From an uncultured virus (IMG/VR IMGVR_UViG_3300031758_000059) (lineage: Duplodnaviria > Heunggongvirae > Uroviricota > Caudoviricetes > Crassvirales), in IMG/VR virus record IMGVR_UViG_3300031758_000059: DNA of 64,000 bases; one strand, given 5' to 3'. Within the stretch, counting starts at the first letter, position 1. Every line of letters begins with the position of its first letter. The position numbers and the translations under genes are program-made. Below, piece by piece: positions 49,436-59,037 of this stretch. The notes below the pieces were generated by a model. That model searched no databases, was not told the DNA's origin, and saw only the letters and a program-made list of their open reading frames with translations.

Positions 49436-50182
49436 CTACAGTAAACTATTTTCAAGCATTTTCAGGGCATCAATACCTTCATCTGTCTTCAGAAACTCAG
49501 CCACCGTGAAATAAGGGTCCTGACCATAAGGTACAGTTATCATCTTTTTCTTGTTGGAAGCGGTATTAAACCATACCTCTTTCTGCCCGTTTCTGAAGGT
49601 CAGCAATTTATTTTCAAAGAACACATGCACATTTGATTGGTGCTTCAGCTGTGGGTCGTTGAGTATATTAAGGAACCCGTGAGGGTCTTTTTTGGCATAT
49701 ACCAACACATCACGCTTCAGCTCTGCGGTAGTAAACCTACTTGGGTCTTTTCCAAATAGTACCCTTGAAACCAATTCAAGCTGCTCTACACTAAGCTGAC
49801 GAGCTTCTACAAGCGCATCAACCTCTGCGGCAAGCTTCTCAACCTCTTTGGCCGCATCTTTTTCGTGGTCTACCTCGATAAATGTTCTACCATTTAAGGG
49901 GTGATAGTGTAAAAACTCCTGTAGAACAGGGTTGTTTTTGGGTACTCGAAGGAACCCATTCTCAAATATTACAGGCTCTACAATTGCATTTCCGTCTTGC
50001 TCATCCTCAAAAGCAGTCTTCTGATTGATGGCATATCTGAGAGGTCTATTAACGTTATTTGCCTCGTCAAACCACAGAAGAGGGAATCTTCTCGTGTTTC
50101 TCGAAGGCAAAGTGTAAGATAAGGGAGCTGAATCCCCTTTTAGCTTATATATCCTGTCTGCAGGAACTAATTTCTGTTTCAT
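49436..50182 (-). CDS. Conserved hypothetical protein downstream of the capsid gene
   Basis: 248-aa ORF with an AATTAAAATCTA leader. Confidence 0.65.
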   Translation of the reverse strand: MKQKLVPADRIYKLKGDSAPLSYTLPSRNTRRFPLLWFDEANNVNRPLRYAINQKTAFEDEQDGNAIVEPVIFENGFLRVPKNNPVLQEFLHYHPLNGRTFIEVDHEKDAAKEVEKLAAEVDALVEARQLSVEQLELVSRVLFGKDPSRFTTAELKRDVLVYAKKDPHGFLNILNDPQLKHQSNVHVFFENKLLTFRNGQKEVWFNTASNKKKMITVPYGQDPYFTVAEFLKTDEGIDALKMLENSLL

Positions 50183-50204
50183 TAGATTTTAATTTAATTA
50201 GATT

Positions 50205-50242
50205 TAAAAAGAAGGGGGAGTGTCTTTAAAGACACCCCACCC
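50205..50242 (-). terminator. Intrinsic terminator after the capsid gene; its stem contains the dispersed palindrome
   Basis: Minus strand GGGTGGGGTGTCTTTAAAGACACTCCCCCTTCTTTTT. Confidence 0.75.
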
Positions 50243-50255
50243 TATATTACTTGTA

Positions 50256-51677
50256 TTATGAACCGTAACGGAACAATACGAAGTTGTTAGCACCCAAGGT
50301 ACAAACGCAACGCTCAGAAAGGAAGTTAACCTCCATTGCGTCAAGGTCGCTTGTTTGAGCACCACCCGCAGAACCTGTAATCCAAGTTTTGTATCTGCGG
50401 TCTTCAGTCTCAGACGCTCTGTAACGAACGTGTAAGAATGGACGCTTAGCGTTCTTGCCAAGGATTTGGTCGTACACGGTAGTTGAACCGGCAGGAACCA
50501 AAAGACCTGTAACAGTACCTGCAGCTTGTGCACCTGTAGGTAATCCACCACGCATAGTTGGGTCGTTCAAGTATTTCCAATCAGACTTGTAGAAGTCGTA
50601 ACCTCTGCGGAAGCCTGTGAAACCAAGATTGAGCGCCATGTCCTTATCGTTGTCGAAAAGACCATAAGACGTACCACCTGTACCGTAGCTGTTCTGAGCA
50701 GCAAGCATATCATCAATGTCAAAGCTGAAGGCACGGTTAACGAAGATTACGTTCTCTTCGATAGAACCTTGCTTGTCAAGACGAGAGATGATGCTGTCGA
50801 AATCTACAAGAGTAGTTGGGTTACCACCACCCCATACGTTTCCGCGCTCATTTACTACGTAGAAGATACCTTCAGAACCTTTGTTACCAACCTGCGTATT
50901 TGCAGTTTGAGTAGCAACACCTGAACCTGACTCAGCAGGAACAGCCTCAATCATTGCAGTCTCAAGGTAGTCCTCAAAACGCAAGCGAGTCTCGTGCTCA
51001 CTCTTCAAATACCAAAGGTATCCGGTAGCTCCGTTCTCAGTTGTTACCTCTACCCATCCAATCTGTGCCATGTCAGAACCGCTTACAGCGTATTTGTCCT
51101 TGATGATAATTGGAGAGTTAGAGAAGATTTCGTCTTCTGCTTCCAAAGAACCAATCATTCCATTAGTTCCTTTCTTGAACTCAGAACCGTAAATCCATAC
51201 AGATAATGTATCAGTTGATGCGAAAGTCTGACCTGCAGCCTCATAGTAAGCTACATCAAAAGTACCTGATGTTGTGTTAACAGCAGTAACGATACCTTTG
51301 TTAGAAAGACCTGTGGCATTGTCAGAGATGTAAACAGTCTGACCAACACGGATAGCGATACCACTTACGTTAGCATCACTTACAGTGATAGTTGCAGTGT
51401 CATCACCTGCGTCTCCGTTAGAAGCACAATCAACATACTTAGTATGCAGACGGCCTTGCTCAGCCCACTTAATCATGTCTGAGTTAGATGGCATCTCTGC
51501 TCCTACCATACGTAGGAAAGATGCTACAGTACGATTACCATAACGCTCAAACTCCTTCTCATAAGTATCAGGAAGATACTGATTAAGGAAGTTGAAGTTG
51601 GTAATATAGTTAGTCGATAATGGTACCTGCTCCGCACTTGGCTGAAGCTGATAACCGGGATTTGGTAAAACAGCCAT
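50256..51677 (-). CDS. Major capsid protein
   Basis: 473 aa, after portal and scaffold, followed by a terminator; QYLPDTYEKEFERYGNR...IKWAEQGRLH. Confidence 0.8.
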   Translation of the reverse strand: MAVLPNPGYQLQPSAEQVPLSTNYITNFNFLNQYLPDTYEKEFERYGNRTVASFLRMVGAEMPSNSDMIKWAEQGRLHTKYVDCASNGDAGDDTATITVSDANVSGIAIRVGQTVYISDNATGLSNKGIVTAVNTTSGTFDVAYYEAAGQTFASTDTLSVWIYGSEFKKGTNGMIGSLEAEDEIFSNSPIIIKDKYAVSGSDMAQIGWVEVTTENGATGYLWYLKSEHETRLRFEDYLETAMIEAVPAESGSGVATQTANTQVGNKGSEGIFYVVNERGNVWGGGNPTTLVDFDSIISRLDKQGSIEENVIFVNRAFSFDIDDMLAAQNSYGTGGTSYGLFDNDKDMALNLGFTGFRRGYDFYKSDWKYLNDPTMRGGLPTGAQAAGTVTGLLVPAGSTTVYDQILGKNAKRPFLHVRYRASETEDRRYKTWITGSAGGAQTSDLDAMEVNFLSERCVCTLGANNFVLFRYGS

Positions 51678-51687
51678 TTTTTTAGTT

Positions 51688-52782
51688 TTAATTTATTTTT
51701 TTAATGCTTCGGATTTTTAGACTCCTTCCGGAATCCGGTGTCACCGATTTCACCTGCATTCCACCCTTGTTTACAACTTCAGGGGCTCTACGCTCAGACA
51801 TGTTAATATTTTTTGTCTTACGTAAAACATCTTCAGTCGCATCTGCTAAACCCTGTTCATAGAAATGCTTAGCAAACTTTTCGGGATTCATTGCAATTGA
51901 CAAAGCCCTATGGTATCCTGCAGCGTCTTTGATAAGACCACTCTCATCCAAAAACTTGTTAATAAAGTTCATCGGAGTTGCTTGAGCCTTCTTCAGTTCT
52001 GCTGCTGCACCGGGAGAAAAGACAACCTTCTTGTCGTTAATGTCGAACTCAAAACCTTTGAAGTCTTTACTAAAGACCTCTTCGGACTTTTGGTCGAACC
52101 ACTTACGCTTACGCTCGTTTTCCTCCTGCAGGGTTTTTGCCTGTTGTGTATACTGACGGTACGCTTCAAACTCTTCTTTCTCCTGTTGAGATAAGCTTAG
52201 ACCACTTGACTCAAGTGGAAACTTGTATTTCTCTTTTTGGGAGTTGAAGTAATTTTTAGCCTCCGCAATAGCCTTCTTTCTTGCTATCTTAGTTTTCTTG
52301 ACCTTAGATTCATCATCGACTTCTTCATCGTAAGAATACTCTTCCATGAGGATATCAATGTCTTCTTTGTCAAGACCTTTCTGCGTATCAGCAAGATAAT
52401 CTCTAAGAAGTTGGTCGGGGTCCATAGCGTCAAAGTCTTTCTTTAACTTGACAAAGTCATCAAAACCACGCCCTGTTTCCTTCTTAAAATTTAAATAAGC
52501 AGCCACGTCTTCAGGGAGCTGTTCACTCTCTTTGCGTTCTGCCATCAACTCATCAAATGAATTGATTTGCTTATTGTAGCGCTTTCCAATATATGAAAGA
52601 ACTTTTTCCTCTGATAGCTCCTCTTCCTGAGCAGGTTCCGGCTCAAGAGAAGATGTGTCAATTTTTACTTCAGGTTCAGCATTTCCACTTACTTCCTCCT
52701 CATGCTTCTTTAGAAGCTCTTCTTCTACCTGCTGAACACTTTTTTCTTCTACGCCATCAAGAGCACGTACTTTAATTTCCAT
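51688..52782 (-). CDS. Putative scaffolding protein
   Basis: Acidic coiled-coil protein between portal and capsid; own TAAATTTG element at 52804-52811. Confidence 0.6.
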   Translation of the reverse strand: MEIKVRALDGVEEKSVQQVEEELLKKHEEEVSGNAEPEVKIDTSSLEPEPAQEEELSEEKVLSYIGKRYNKQINSFDELMAERKESEQLPEDVAAYLNFKKETGRGFDDFVKLKKDFDAMDPDQLLRDYLADTQKGLDKEDIDILMEEYSYDEEVDDESKVKKTKIARKKAIAEAKNYFNSQKEKYKFPLESSGLSLSQQEKEEFEAYRQYTQQAKTLQEENERKRKWFDQKSEEVFSKDFKGFEFDINDKKVVFSPGAAAELKKAQATPMNFINKFLDESGLIKDAAGYHRALSIAMNPEKFAKHFYEQGLADATEDVLRKTKNINMSERRAPEVVNKGGMQVKSVTPDSGRSLKIRSIKKIN

Positions 52783-52830
52783 TAGATTAGATTTAATTTG
52801 TTACAAATTTATACAAAAAATGTTACATTT

Positions 52831-55266
52831 TTAACGAGGTTCAAACTCGGCTAAGTCAAAACCATCAAGGGTATCCTCATTTGACTCGAAGTTCATTGGA
52901 GGTAGGTTGTTCTTTCTTTGGTTTATGAGCTTAGACTGCTGCGTATTTTGGATAGCAATACGCTTTTCTTTAGCCGTTTCCTTCATATCCTCGCGGGTAG
53001 TGATGGCGGTTTCCTTAATACCTGCTATTTGCATTTGGTACTTAAACTCCTCGCTCATCAGTATCCGTTTCATCTCAGCCTCAGCCTTCATCTTCTCAAT
53101 ATCAAAAGCCACCTCGGCTTGCTTGATTTGCATCTTTGCTTGCGTCTCAAGCTGTATCTTTTGCATAGCCGTTTGCGCAGCAAGCTCCTGAGACTTCAGT
53201 TGCTGCTGAGCAATCATTGCCTGCTTTTGCATCTCCATGCGCTCTTCTCTATCCTGCTTCTTAACTCTTTTAAGCTTGAGAAGCTGATTAGCAAGCTTTA
53301 TGTTTTTAATCTCTCTAATGTCAATAGCATCCTCAAGGTTAATGTCACCCTTAGATAATGCCATTTGGATATTAGCTTCAAGCTGAGCTTTCTGCTCTTC
53401 GTCCGGAGAAACTTCAATAAAGATGCCAAAGTCATAGATATATAGGTCGCTTATCTCATTTAAGATAGATACATTGTATTTGCCAATCTTATTGGCGAAG
53501 TCGTCTTTAAAGTCAGCGTACTGCAGAATATCTGCAACACGGTAGGTAAGGGCCTCGGCAAGAGACCTGTATACGTACAAACCGCCCTCAAGAATATGGC
53601 GTGTCGCGGTGTTAGAGTTTAGGGCCGCAAGCTTTTGAACCCCTACCAATGCGTTCGGGTCAGGCATAGAGCCATCTCTTGCCTCATTCAGTCCTGTCAC
53701 AGACCGAATCATGTCAAGGTAGTGGTTGTAGTTAGCTATTAGCATCTGCGTCTTGCTTGCTCCTGAATTAGAAGTAAGCTGTTGAATAGGTACACGAGCA
53801 TTGTTAAACTCACCTTCCTGCGTGTAGCTACGCCCAATCACACTACCTGTTTGGAAGTAAAGACGCAGTGCGTCTTCAGGATTATAAGCCTGCCCTGTAC
53901 CAAGGTCAACCTCATTTAGACCATCAGCATCGATGAACACACCATCAGGGACAGTGCGTGCAATAACTTGCTGTAGTTTTAAATGGGTTAATTGAATAAG
54001 GTCTGCAAATGGTATCATCCTACGCACAAGCGATTCAATAACACCTTTGTACATTCTTGGTGCAACTGCAACATAATTCGGCAGCGCATGCTGAGAAGTT
54101 GATTTTGGTCTCACCATGTTCTCACTCATTTTCCACTTGAGTAAGAAGTTTGTTCCCATTACCATCACACCCTCATACCAAACATCAATTGTCTTTTCAA
54201 TCTTTTCAAACTTTCCTTCCTCCATCATTTCTACAGGAGGATTGAATTGGTCATCTTTTTCAATTATACGTGTACCACCTGTTTCAAGAATCTTCTTCTT
54301 GTAAACCATTTTCTTTGTGGTCTTGTAATTGAAATATAATAAAGTTGCTGTATCACGATAGAACAAACTATTCTCGTAGAATCTTGCTACGTTGTAATAG
54401 TCATACCAACTCTGTGAGTACATTGAAATCTCTTGCAATTGCTCACGAGTAAGTGTTGGGTCTATCTTTAATAACTCCGTTATTGGAAGAGTTTTAATTT
54501 CTCCCCAATAGAAGCAATCATTAAAGTAAGGGTCTTCCGTATAGCTGTATACCACATTTGCAGGGTCAACATAAGAGACCTGCACACCTGCTCCGGGTAA
54601 AAATTCATGTTTGGCCACACCAATACCCAAAACGGTAAGGTCATAGTCAATACGCTTACGAGTATCTTGATAATGATTCTCATCAAATATTGTATTGATA
54701 GCTTCTTCTTCTGCTATCTCAATTGCGGGCTTGTAGTTTAATTGCATATACAGCGACAATTCCTCGTCTGTTTCGGGAAGTTCTTCAGGGTCCATTGTAA
54801 ATGGATTTATCCCTGTAGACTCTTGCACCTGCATAAGAACGTCTTTAGCTACCATCTGCCCCTCAATCATATCTTGATACTTGCTGCGCTTCGCTTGTGA
54901 CATTGCATCTTGTGCATAAGCTTTCACTTTGAATAAGCGGTCACTCATACCATTTACAACAATGTCAACAAATTTTGGAAGAATAGGAACAGGAGTCCAA
55001 TCTAAATTTAGATATGACAAATCTCCGTCTATTGCAAGTTCATTTTTATACTTCTGAACAGACTGCTCACCACGAGCGTATAAGCGCAGTCTATGAAAAT
55101 CACGCCATTGATTATAGTATCTACATTGGTTTCCATCTTTGCGGAACCATTCATATTGAATTGCTTGGCCAACTTGTAGACCAAACGCATCAGAAGCTTT
55201 CTCTGCATCAGTTACAAACTGACTTGGAAAACCGGTTGCGGATATGTTGACTATGACATCTTTCAT
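52831..55266 (-). CDS. Portal protein
   Basis: 811 aa directly after the terminase; PILPKFVDIVVNG and TGLNEARDG; Gln-rich coiled-coil C-terminus as in P22-like portals. Confidence 0.8.
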   Translation of the reverse strand: MKDVIVNISATGFPSQFVTDAEKASDAFGLQVGQAIQYEWFRKDGNQCRYYNQWRDFHRLRLYARGEQSVQKYKNELAIDGDLSYLNLDWTPVPILPKFVDIVVNGMSDRLFKVKAYAQDAMSQAKRSKYQDMIEGQMVAKDVLMQVQESTGINPFTMDPEELPETDEELSLYMQLNYKPAIEIAEEEAINTIFDENHYQDTRKRIDYDLTVLGIGVAKHEFLPGAGVQVSYVDPANVVYSYTEDPYFNDCFYWGEIKTLPITELLKIDPTLTREQLQEISMYSQSWYDYYNVARFYENSLFYRDTATLLYFNYKTTKKMVYKKKILETGGTRIIEKDDQFNPPVEMMEEGKFEKIEKTIDVWYEGVMVMGTNFLLKWKMSENMVRPKSTSQHALPNYVAVAPRMYKGVIESLVRRMIPFADLIQLTHLKLQQVIARTVPDGVFIDADGLNEVDLGTGQAYNPEDALRLYFQTGSVIGRSYTQEGEFNNARVPIQQLTSNSGASKTQMLIANYNHYLDMIRSVTGLNEARDGSMPDPNALVGVQKLAALNSNTATRHILEGGLYVYRSLAEALTYRVADILQYADFKDDFANKIGKYNVSILNEISDLYIYDFGIFIEVSPDEEQKAQLEANIQMALSKGDINLEDAIDIREIKNIKLANQLLKLKRVKKQDREERMEMQKQAMIAQQQLKSQELAAQTAMQKIQLETQAKMQIKQAEVAFDIEKMKAEAEMKRILMSEEFKYQMQIAGIKETAITTREDMKETAKEKRIAIQNTQQSKLINQRKNNLPPMNFESNEDTLDGFDLAEFEPR

Positions 55267-57500
55267 CTAATAAGTTGACTTGTTGTTCCACTATTAGTGT
55301 ACCTTGCGAAATTAACACTAATTTTCGACTCTTTTTTCTCAGGTAAATATACGTGTTTTTGGTTTGCCATTATCGCAAGACCTGAGCTAATAGCTGCGTC
55401 AAAGCGTGTACGGTCGCTAATATCAAACTTTGCCCAATCCTCAAGTGTGCGTGTAAATGGCATCGTTCCAATCTCATCAGCAGGTCTGTATGTTCCTGCT
55501 AAATCAAAGCCAATGTACTTTTCAATATACGACTCAATAGCTGTTGCGTGCGCCTGCTTCACTTCTTCAGAAGAGTTAGGAATACCACCAAGCTCCCTCT
55601 CAGTCTTACTCAATTTATTGAGCAGTCTGTCGGGTCTGTTCATACAGAACTGACGGTAGCCTCTATTTTTAAAATGGTAAAGTAGTCTCGGCTTGTTATT
55701 CTCCGCAAGCACCGGCATCCCGTAAAACACGCAAGCCATAAGCACCTCTTCAAAAAATATCTCAGCCGTCTGAGGACGAGCAATGTACTCAAGAAAGAAC
55801 TGATTGACCGGAGCGTCATCCATGTGGTACTTGGTCATCCCGTGCAGCGACCCGTTGGAGCCACGTCCCCCTACCACTGCTGATATATCGTAGGGGTCAC
55901 AGCCAAAACTCCCAAGGTGTTCATTGCCGGGGTATTTTACTCCACTGCGAGTGGAGACGCTATTTTGCATGTGAACAGGTGGGACCCAACTAATTAAGAA
56001 CCTACCACGAGGGTCAGGAGTCCATATAACCTTGGTGTCTTTCTCTCCGTCTTTCCAATGAAATGTTCCACGTGAAACCATGTGCGCCTGAATCTGCGAG
56101 TCGTTGTAGTCAATCTGTTGGTATATCTTGGTCAGGTTAAATAGCGCCTGCTTACTCTCGTCACGAAAAGCGTGGCTTTCGGTGCGAGGGAACTGACGAT
56201 AAAACTCATTTAGTGCATCGGCATCATTTTTAAGCGATTCAACCTCTGCCTCCCAATAGTCAATAGCCCCGTTGGTTATATCTTGCCCGTCTACGCCAAT
56301 GATGGGACTGTCGGGTTTTCTAAATACAGGCATGCCGTAGCGGTCAATAAACCCCTCCATGTTCCACTCCATCGGAATAAATAGGGAGTACAGCCCACTC
56401 TTGGTCTGTCCGTTGGCGTTTCTGTTAAGAATATTTGAATCCTCATACAGCTTTTTATAGTTATCACCGCCCTTGCTTAGTGCATTCGAGGTGGAGCCCA
56501 TCATGCACTTGCCAATTATCTTACTACCCACCCGAAGACAGGTCTTGGTTACACGCCAATTATTAAGAATGTTATTTGGCTTTACCCACTTAGCACTCTC
56601 GTCATGGGCAAGGAACAGGAGTTTCTCTCCATCGTAGGAGTTCTCCTCAGTATTTTTCCAATCTATTGTGGTATCAAGACCATCGACAACGCTTCCTTCG
56701 GTAGTGGTCATGTTCTTCTTGGTAATCTTTGCAGCCGGAACGCGGTAGGCAAGCTCAGTCTTTGGCTTATCCATTCCGTCCATAATCGGACGGAAAAAGA
56801 ATGGCAGCCTGCTATTAATAGGCACAACCTTATCGGTGAACATCTTTTTGGCATCAGCACCCGTCTTTGACAGGATACCAATACGAGAGTCGCGAGCAAG
56901 GGTTGCTATGTTTACGCACTCTGATGAAGACATAAAAGAAAACCCTGAGCGTCTTATTTTTAGATATATCATCCCAAAAGCTCTTGAGTCTGCGCGGCAC
57001 GCCTCCCAAAAGATAAAAAAGATTCTATTAGCTTCTCGGTAGTCAGGATAGCCAATGTCAATACTTGACCACTGCAGGTACATATAGTGTGAGCCCGTAA
57101 TATAGGTCGGCTCTCCGTTATTCATAAACCACATACCCCCTTCACGCCTGTCAAACTCCTGCTCGATATAATCAACCCACCGGTCTTTAAACTCAGTAGG
57201 CATCTCGTTCCAATGAAATATTGATTGAATTTTGCTTAGTTCCCTTGGTAGGTCTTGCCTTTCCCAATACTGCTCACTTTTGGTGGTGTGTCTTTGAAGA
57301 CACTCTTTAGGTGCGAGGGGTAGGGCGATGAGTAGCCCTGCGACATTTATGATGTCACCAATCTGACCCGTCTTAGATATGACAACCATGTCATACTGCT
57401 CGTTGTAACCATATCTCCAAGCTTTTAGTGTGTTCTTCTTAGAGACAGCGTTCTTCGGCACGTAGTCATGTACGACTCGATATAGACCTTCGTTCTGCAA
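55263..57500 (-). CDS. terL: Terminase large subunit
   Basis: Walker A-like LKIRRSGFS, Walker B LAHDES, MMGST, nuclease GCDPYD, LAENN and FDAAISSG. Confidence 0.88.
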   Translation of the reverse strand: MQNEGLYRVVHDYVPKNAVSKKNTLKAWRYGYNEQYDMVVISKTGQIGDIINVAGLLIALPLAPKECLQRHTTKSEQYWERQDLPRELSKIQSIFHWNEMPTEFKDRWVDYIEQEFDRREGGMWFMNNGEPTYITGSHYMYLQWSSIDIGYPDYREANRIFFIFWEACRADSRAFGMIYLKIRRSGFSFMSSSECVNIATLARDSRIGILSKTGADAKKMFTDKVVPINSRLPFFFRPIMDGMDKPKTELAYRVPAAKITKKNMTTTEGSVVDGLDTTIDWKNTEENSYDGEKLLFLAHDESAKWVKPNNILNNWRVTKTCLRVGSKIIGKCMMGSTSNALSKGGDNYKKLYEDSNILNRNANGQTKSGLYSLFIPMEWNMEGFIDRYGMPVFRKPDSPIIGVDGQDITNGAIDYWEAEVESLKNDADALNEFYRQFPRTESHAFRDESKQALFNLTKIYQQIDYNDSQIQAHMVSRGTFHWKDGEKDTKVIWTPDPRGRFLISWVPPVHMQNSVSTRSGVKYPGNEHLGSFGCDPYDISAVVGGRGSNGSLHGMTKYHMDDAPVNQFFLEYIARPQTAEIFFEEVLMACVFYGMPVLAENNKPRLLYHFKNRGYRQFCMNRPDRLLNKLSKTERELGGIPNSSEEVKQAHATAIESYIEKYIGFDLAGTYRPADEIGTMPFTRTLEDWAKFDISDRTRFDAAISSGLAIMANQKHVYLPEKKESKISVNFARYTNSGTTSQLIR
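56064..56079. promoter_or_regulatory. parS-like site
   Basis: TGTTCCACGTGAAACC, a 15/16 match to TGTTNCACGTGAAACA. Confidence 0.55.
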
Positions 57501-57756
57501 ATCCTTGTTTTGTATCTGTTCTGTTTACTCCTTTCTCAAGCATCTCAAGCGCTTCTTTCTCTGCCTCAATCTTATTTAAAATCTCAAAGGCATCAAAGAT
57601 GGCAAGCTTCTTAGTAGCTGCTGCGTTCTTAAGCCTATCTGCTGCAAGCTCATCATCAGGGTCAGGCTTGATAATATCTTCCTTCGCCACTTTGATAAGC
57701 TGCTCGACTGCTTGATAGCCTGCTTCAATAATTTTTGCTTTGATATCTCTCATCAC
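57466..57756 (-). CDS. Possible terminase small subunit
   Basis: Small helical protein overlapping the terL start; position only. Confidence 0.4.
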   Translation of the reverse strand: MMRDIKAKIIEAGYQAVEQLIKVAKEDIIKPDPDDELAADRLKNAAATKKLAIFDAFEILNKIEAEKEALEMLEKGVNRTDTKQGFAERRSISSRT

Positions 57757-58229
57757 TTCTCTTTTAAGAATACAACTTGAATTAGACGAGCAGAGTCGTC
57801 TGAGCCAAAGTTCTCAAATATGTTTCTGCTATGCGGTAGTTCAGAGTCAAACATCAATATACGATTAAACTTAGAATACACCACACATGATGGCTTCCCA
57901 TCTTCGTCATAAATAGTAGTACCGTCTTCATCAGGGTGCCTGCGACTCAAATAAAGTATAGCAGTAATGTCACCCATCATCTCATCGGTATGAATAAAGT
58001 TTGGTTCTTCTTGATTAAGCGGTGACTTTCTAATGAAATTATACGCCACTTTGTAAACAGGTCCCGCTAATTCAAGCGCAAACCTTGCAAACTCATCATC
58101 ATGAGGGCGTGGCTGAATGTTTTGAAACGTATTGACGCCATCAAATACATCTATAAATTCACTACTAAGTATTTCGGAAACATACTCTACAGGATTATGA
58201 ATGACATTATCGGTTATGATTAAGTTCAT
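57753..58229 (-). CDS. 2-oxoglutarate/Fe(II)-dependent oxygenase
   Basis: HxD (IHTD), ILYLS, GTTIY, FNRILMFD, distal His (PHSR) and RLIQVVF. Confidence 0.75.
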   Translation of the reverse strand: MNLIITDNVIHNPVEYVSEILSSEFIDVFDGVNTFQNIQPRPHDDEFARFALELAGPVYKVAYNFIRKSPLNQEEPNFIHTDEMMGDITAILYLSRRHPDEDGTTIYDEDGKPSCVVYSKFNRILMFDSELPHSRNIFENFGSDDSARLIQVVFLKEK

Positions 58230-58780
58230 AGCTTCATCGTTATTTGATGGTCAAATATTCGGTATAGCTTTTCCCCATCCACGTCAAACTCATATTCGCT
58301 GTCAGGCTTAAAGCACACGGTGTCCCCTTCTCGTACGCCTTGGGTCAGCAGGTAAGCATTCGGGTAAACCATAGTCCCCATAAGCGGCTCATTGGTGAAC
58401 GGCTTTTTGATATAAGAGTCTACGGCCGGCATTGGCTTTACGAAGCAGTAGCGGTCATAGGTATGCCATTTGCCGTCATGGCGGTAGAGGTAAAATTGGT
58501 TGGGCTCTACAAAGAAGATATCATCTCGAAAGAAGCTTCGACTGCTTTTACGTCTACCCTTAATGTCGTTATAGAACTTAAAAACGTTATGGTGCACAAG
58601 TAGCGTATCGCCTTTTTGAACGGGGCCTGTGTAGCCGCGAGGCACCTCAACCACTTCAGCATAGCGGTTAGAGAACCTGTGGTCCTCCTCCGAGGTGTTG
58701 ACGATAAGCTCTATGCCACCAACTTCTTTGGTATTGTTATAGCGCTGTCCTGTAACAATAAAATCAAACGGAGATTGCAT
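58226..58780 (-). CDS. Protein with two GroES-like domains
   Basis: KEVGGIELIV...AEVVEVP...VQKGDTLLV and CFVKP...GTMVY...GVREGDTVCF...VDGEKLYRI. Confidence 0.55.
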   Translation of the reverse strand: MQSPFDFIVTGQRYNNTKEVGGIELIVNTSEEDHRFSNRYAEVVEVPRGYTGPVQKGDTLLVHHNVFKFYNDIKGRRKSSRSFFRDDIFFVEPNQFYLYRHDGKWHTYDRYCFVKPMPAVDSYIKKPFTNEPLMGTMVYPNAYLLTQGVREGDTVCFKPDSEYEFDVDGEKLYRIFDHQITMKL

Positions 58781-59007
58781 TAATATTCGATATTGTATTC
58801 AGTGGACACAGGCATATTGTGATTAAAAGACTTCCATAGCATCGTTTCATTTTTTTCGTTGGTGATGAAGATTTTTACATCTCCTGTCTCCGGGTCGAAC
58901 TTAATGAGGTTAATGTGATGGCTGTCTCCAAGGACCTTCTGTCCTACAATGTAGTGCATTGCACTACCCTTGTAGTCGGGTCCTATAGATATTTTCCTGA
59001 TGTCCAT
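58780..59007 (-). CDS. Hypothetical protein
   Basis: IRKISIGPDYK..AMHYIVGQ; upstream TAACTTTG element at 59033-59040. Confidence 0.65.
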   Translation of the reverse strand: MDIRKISIGPDYKGSAMHYIVGQKVLGDSHHINLIKFDPETGDVKIFITNEKNETMLWKSFNHNMPVSTEYNIEY

Positions 59008-59037
59008 ATTAGATTAGATTAAATTTCATTTACAAAG

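Noticed and set aside
11066..57303. CRISPR array built from the palindromic repeat
   Set aside because: Copies are 16 bp and kilobases apart, with no regular spacers and no cas genes.
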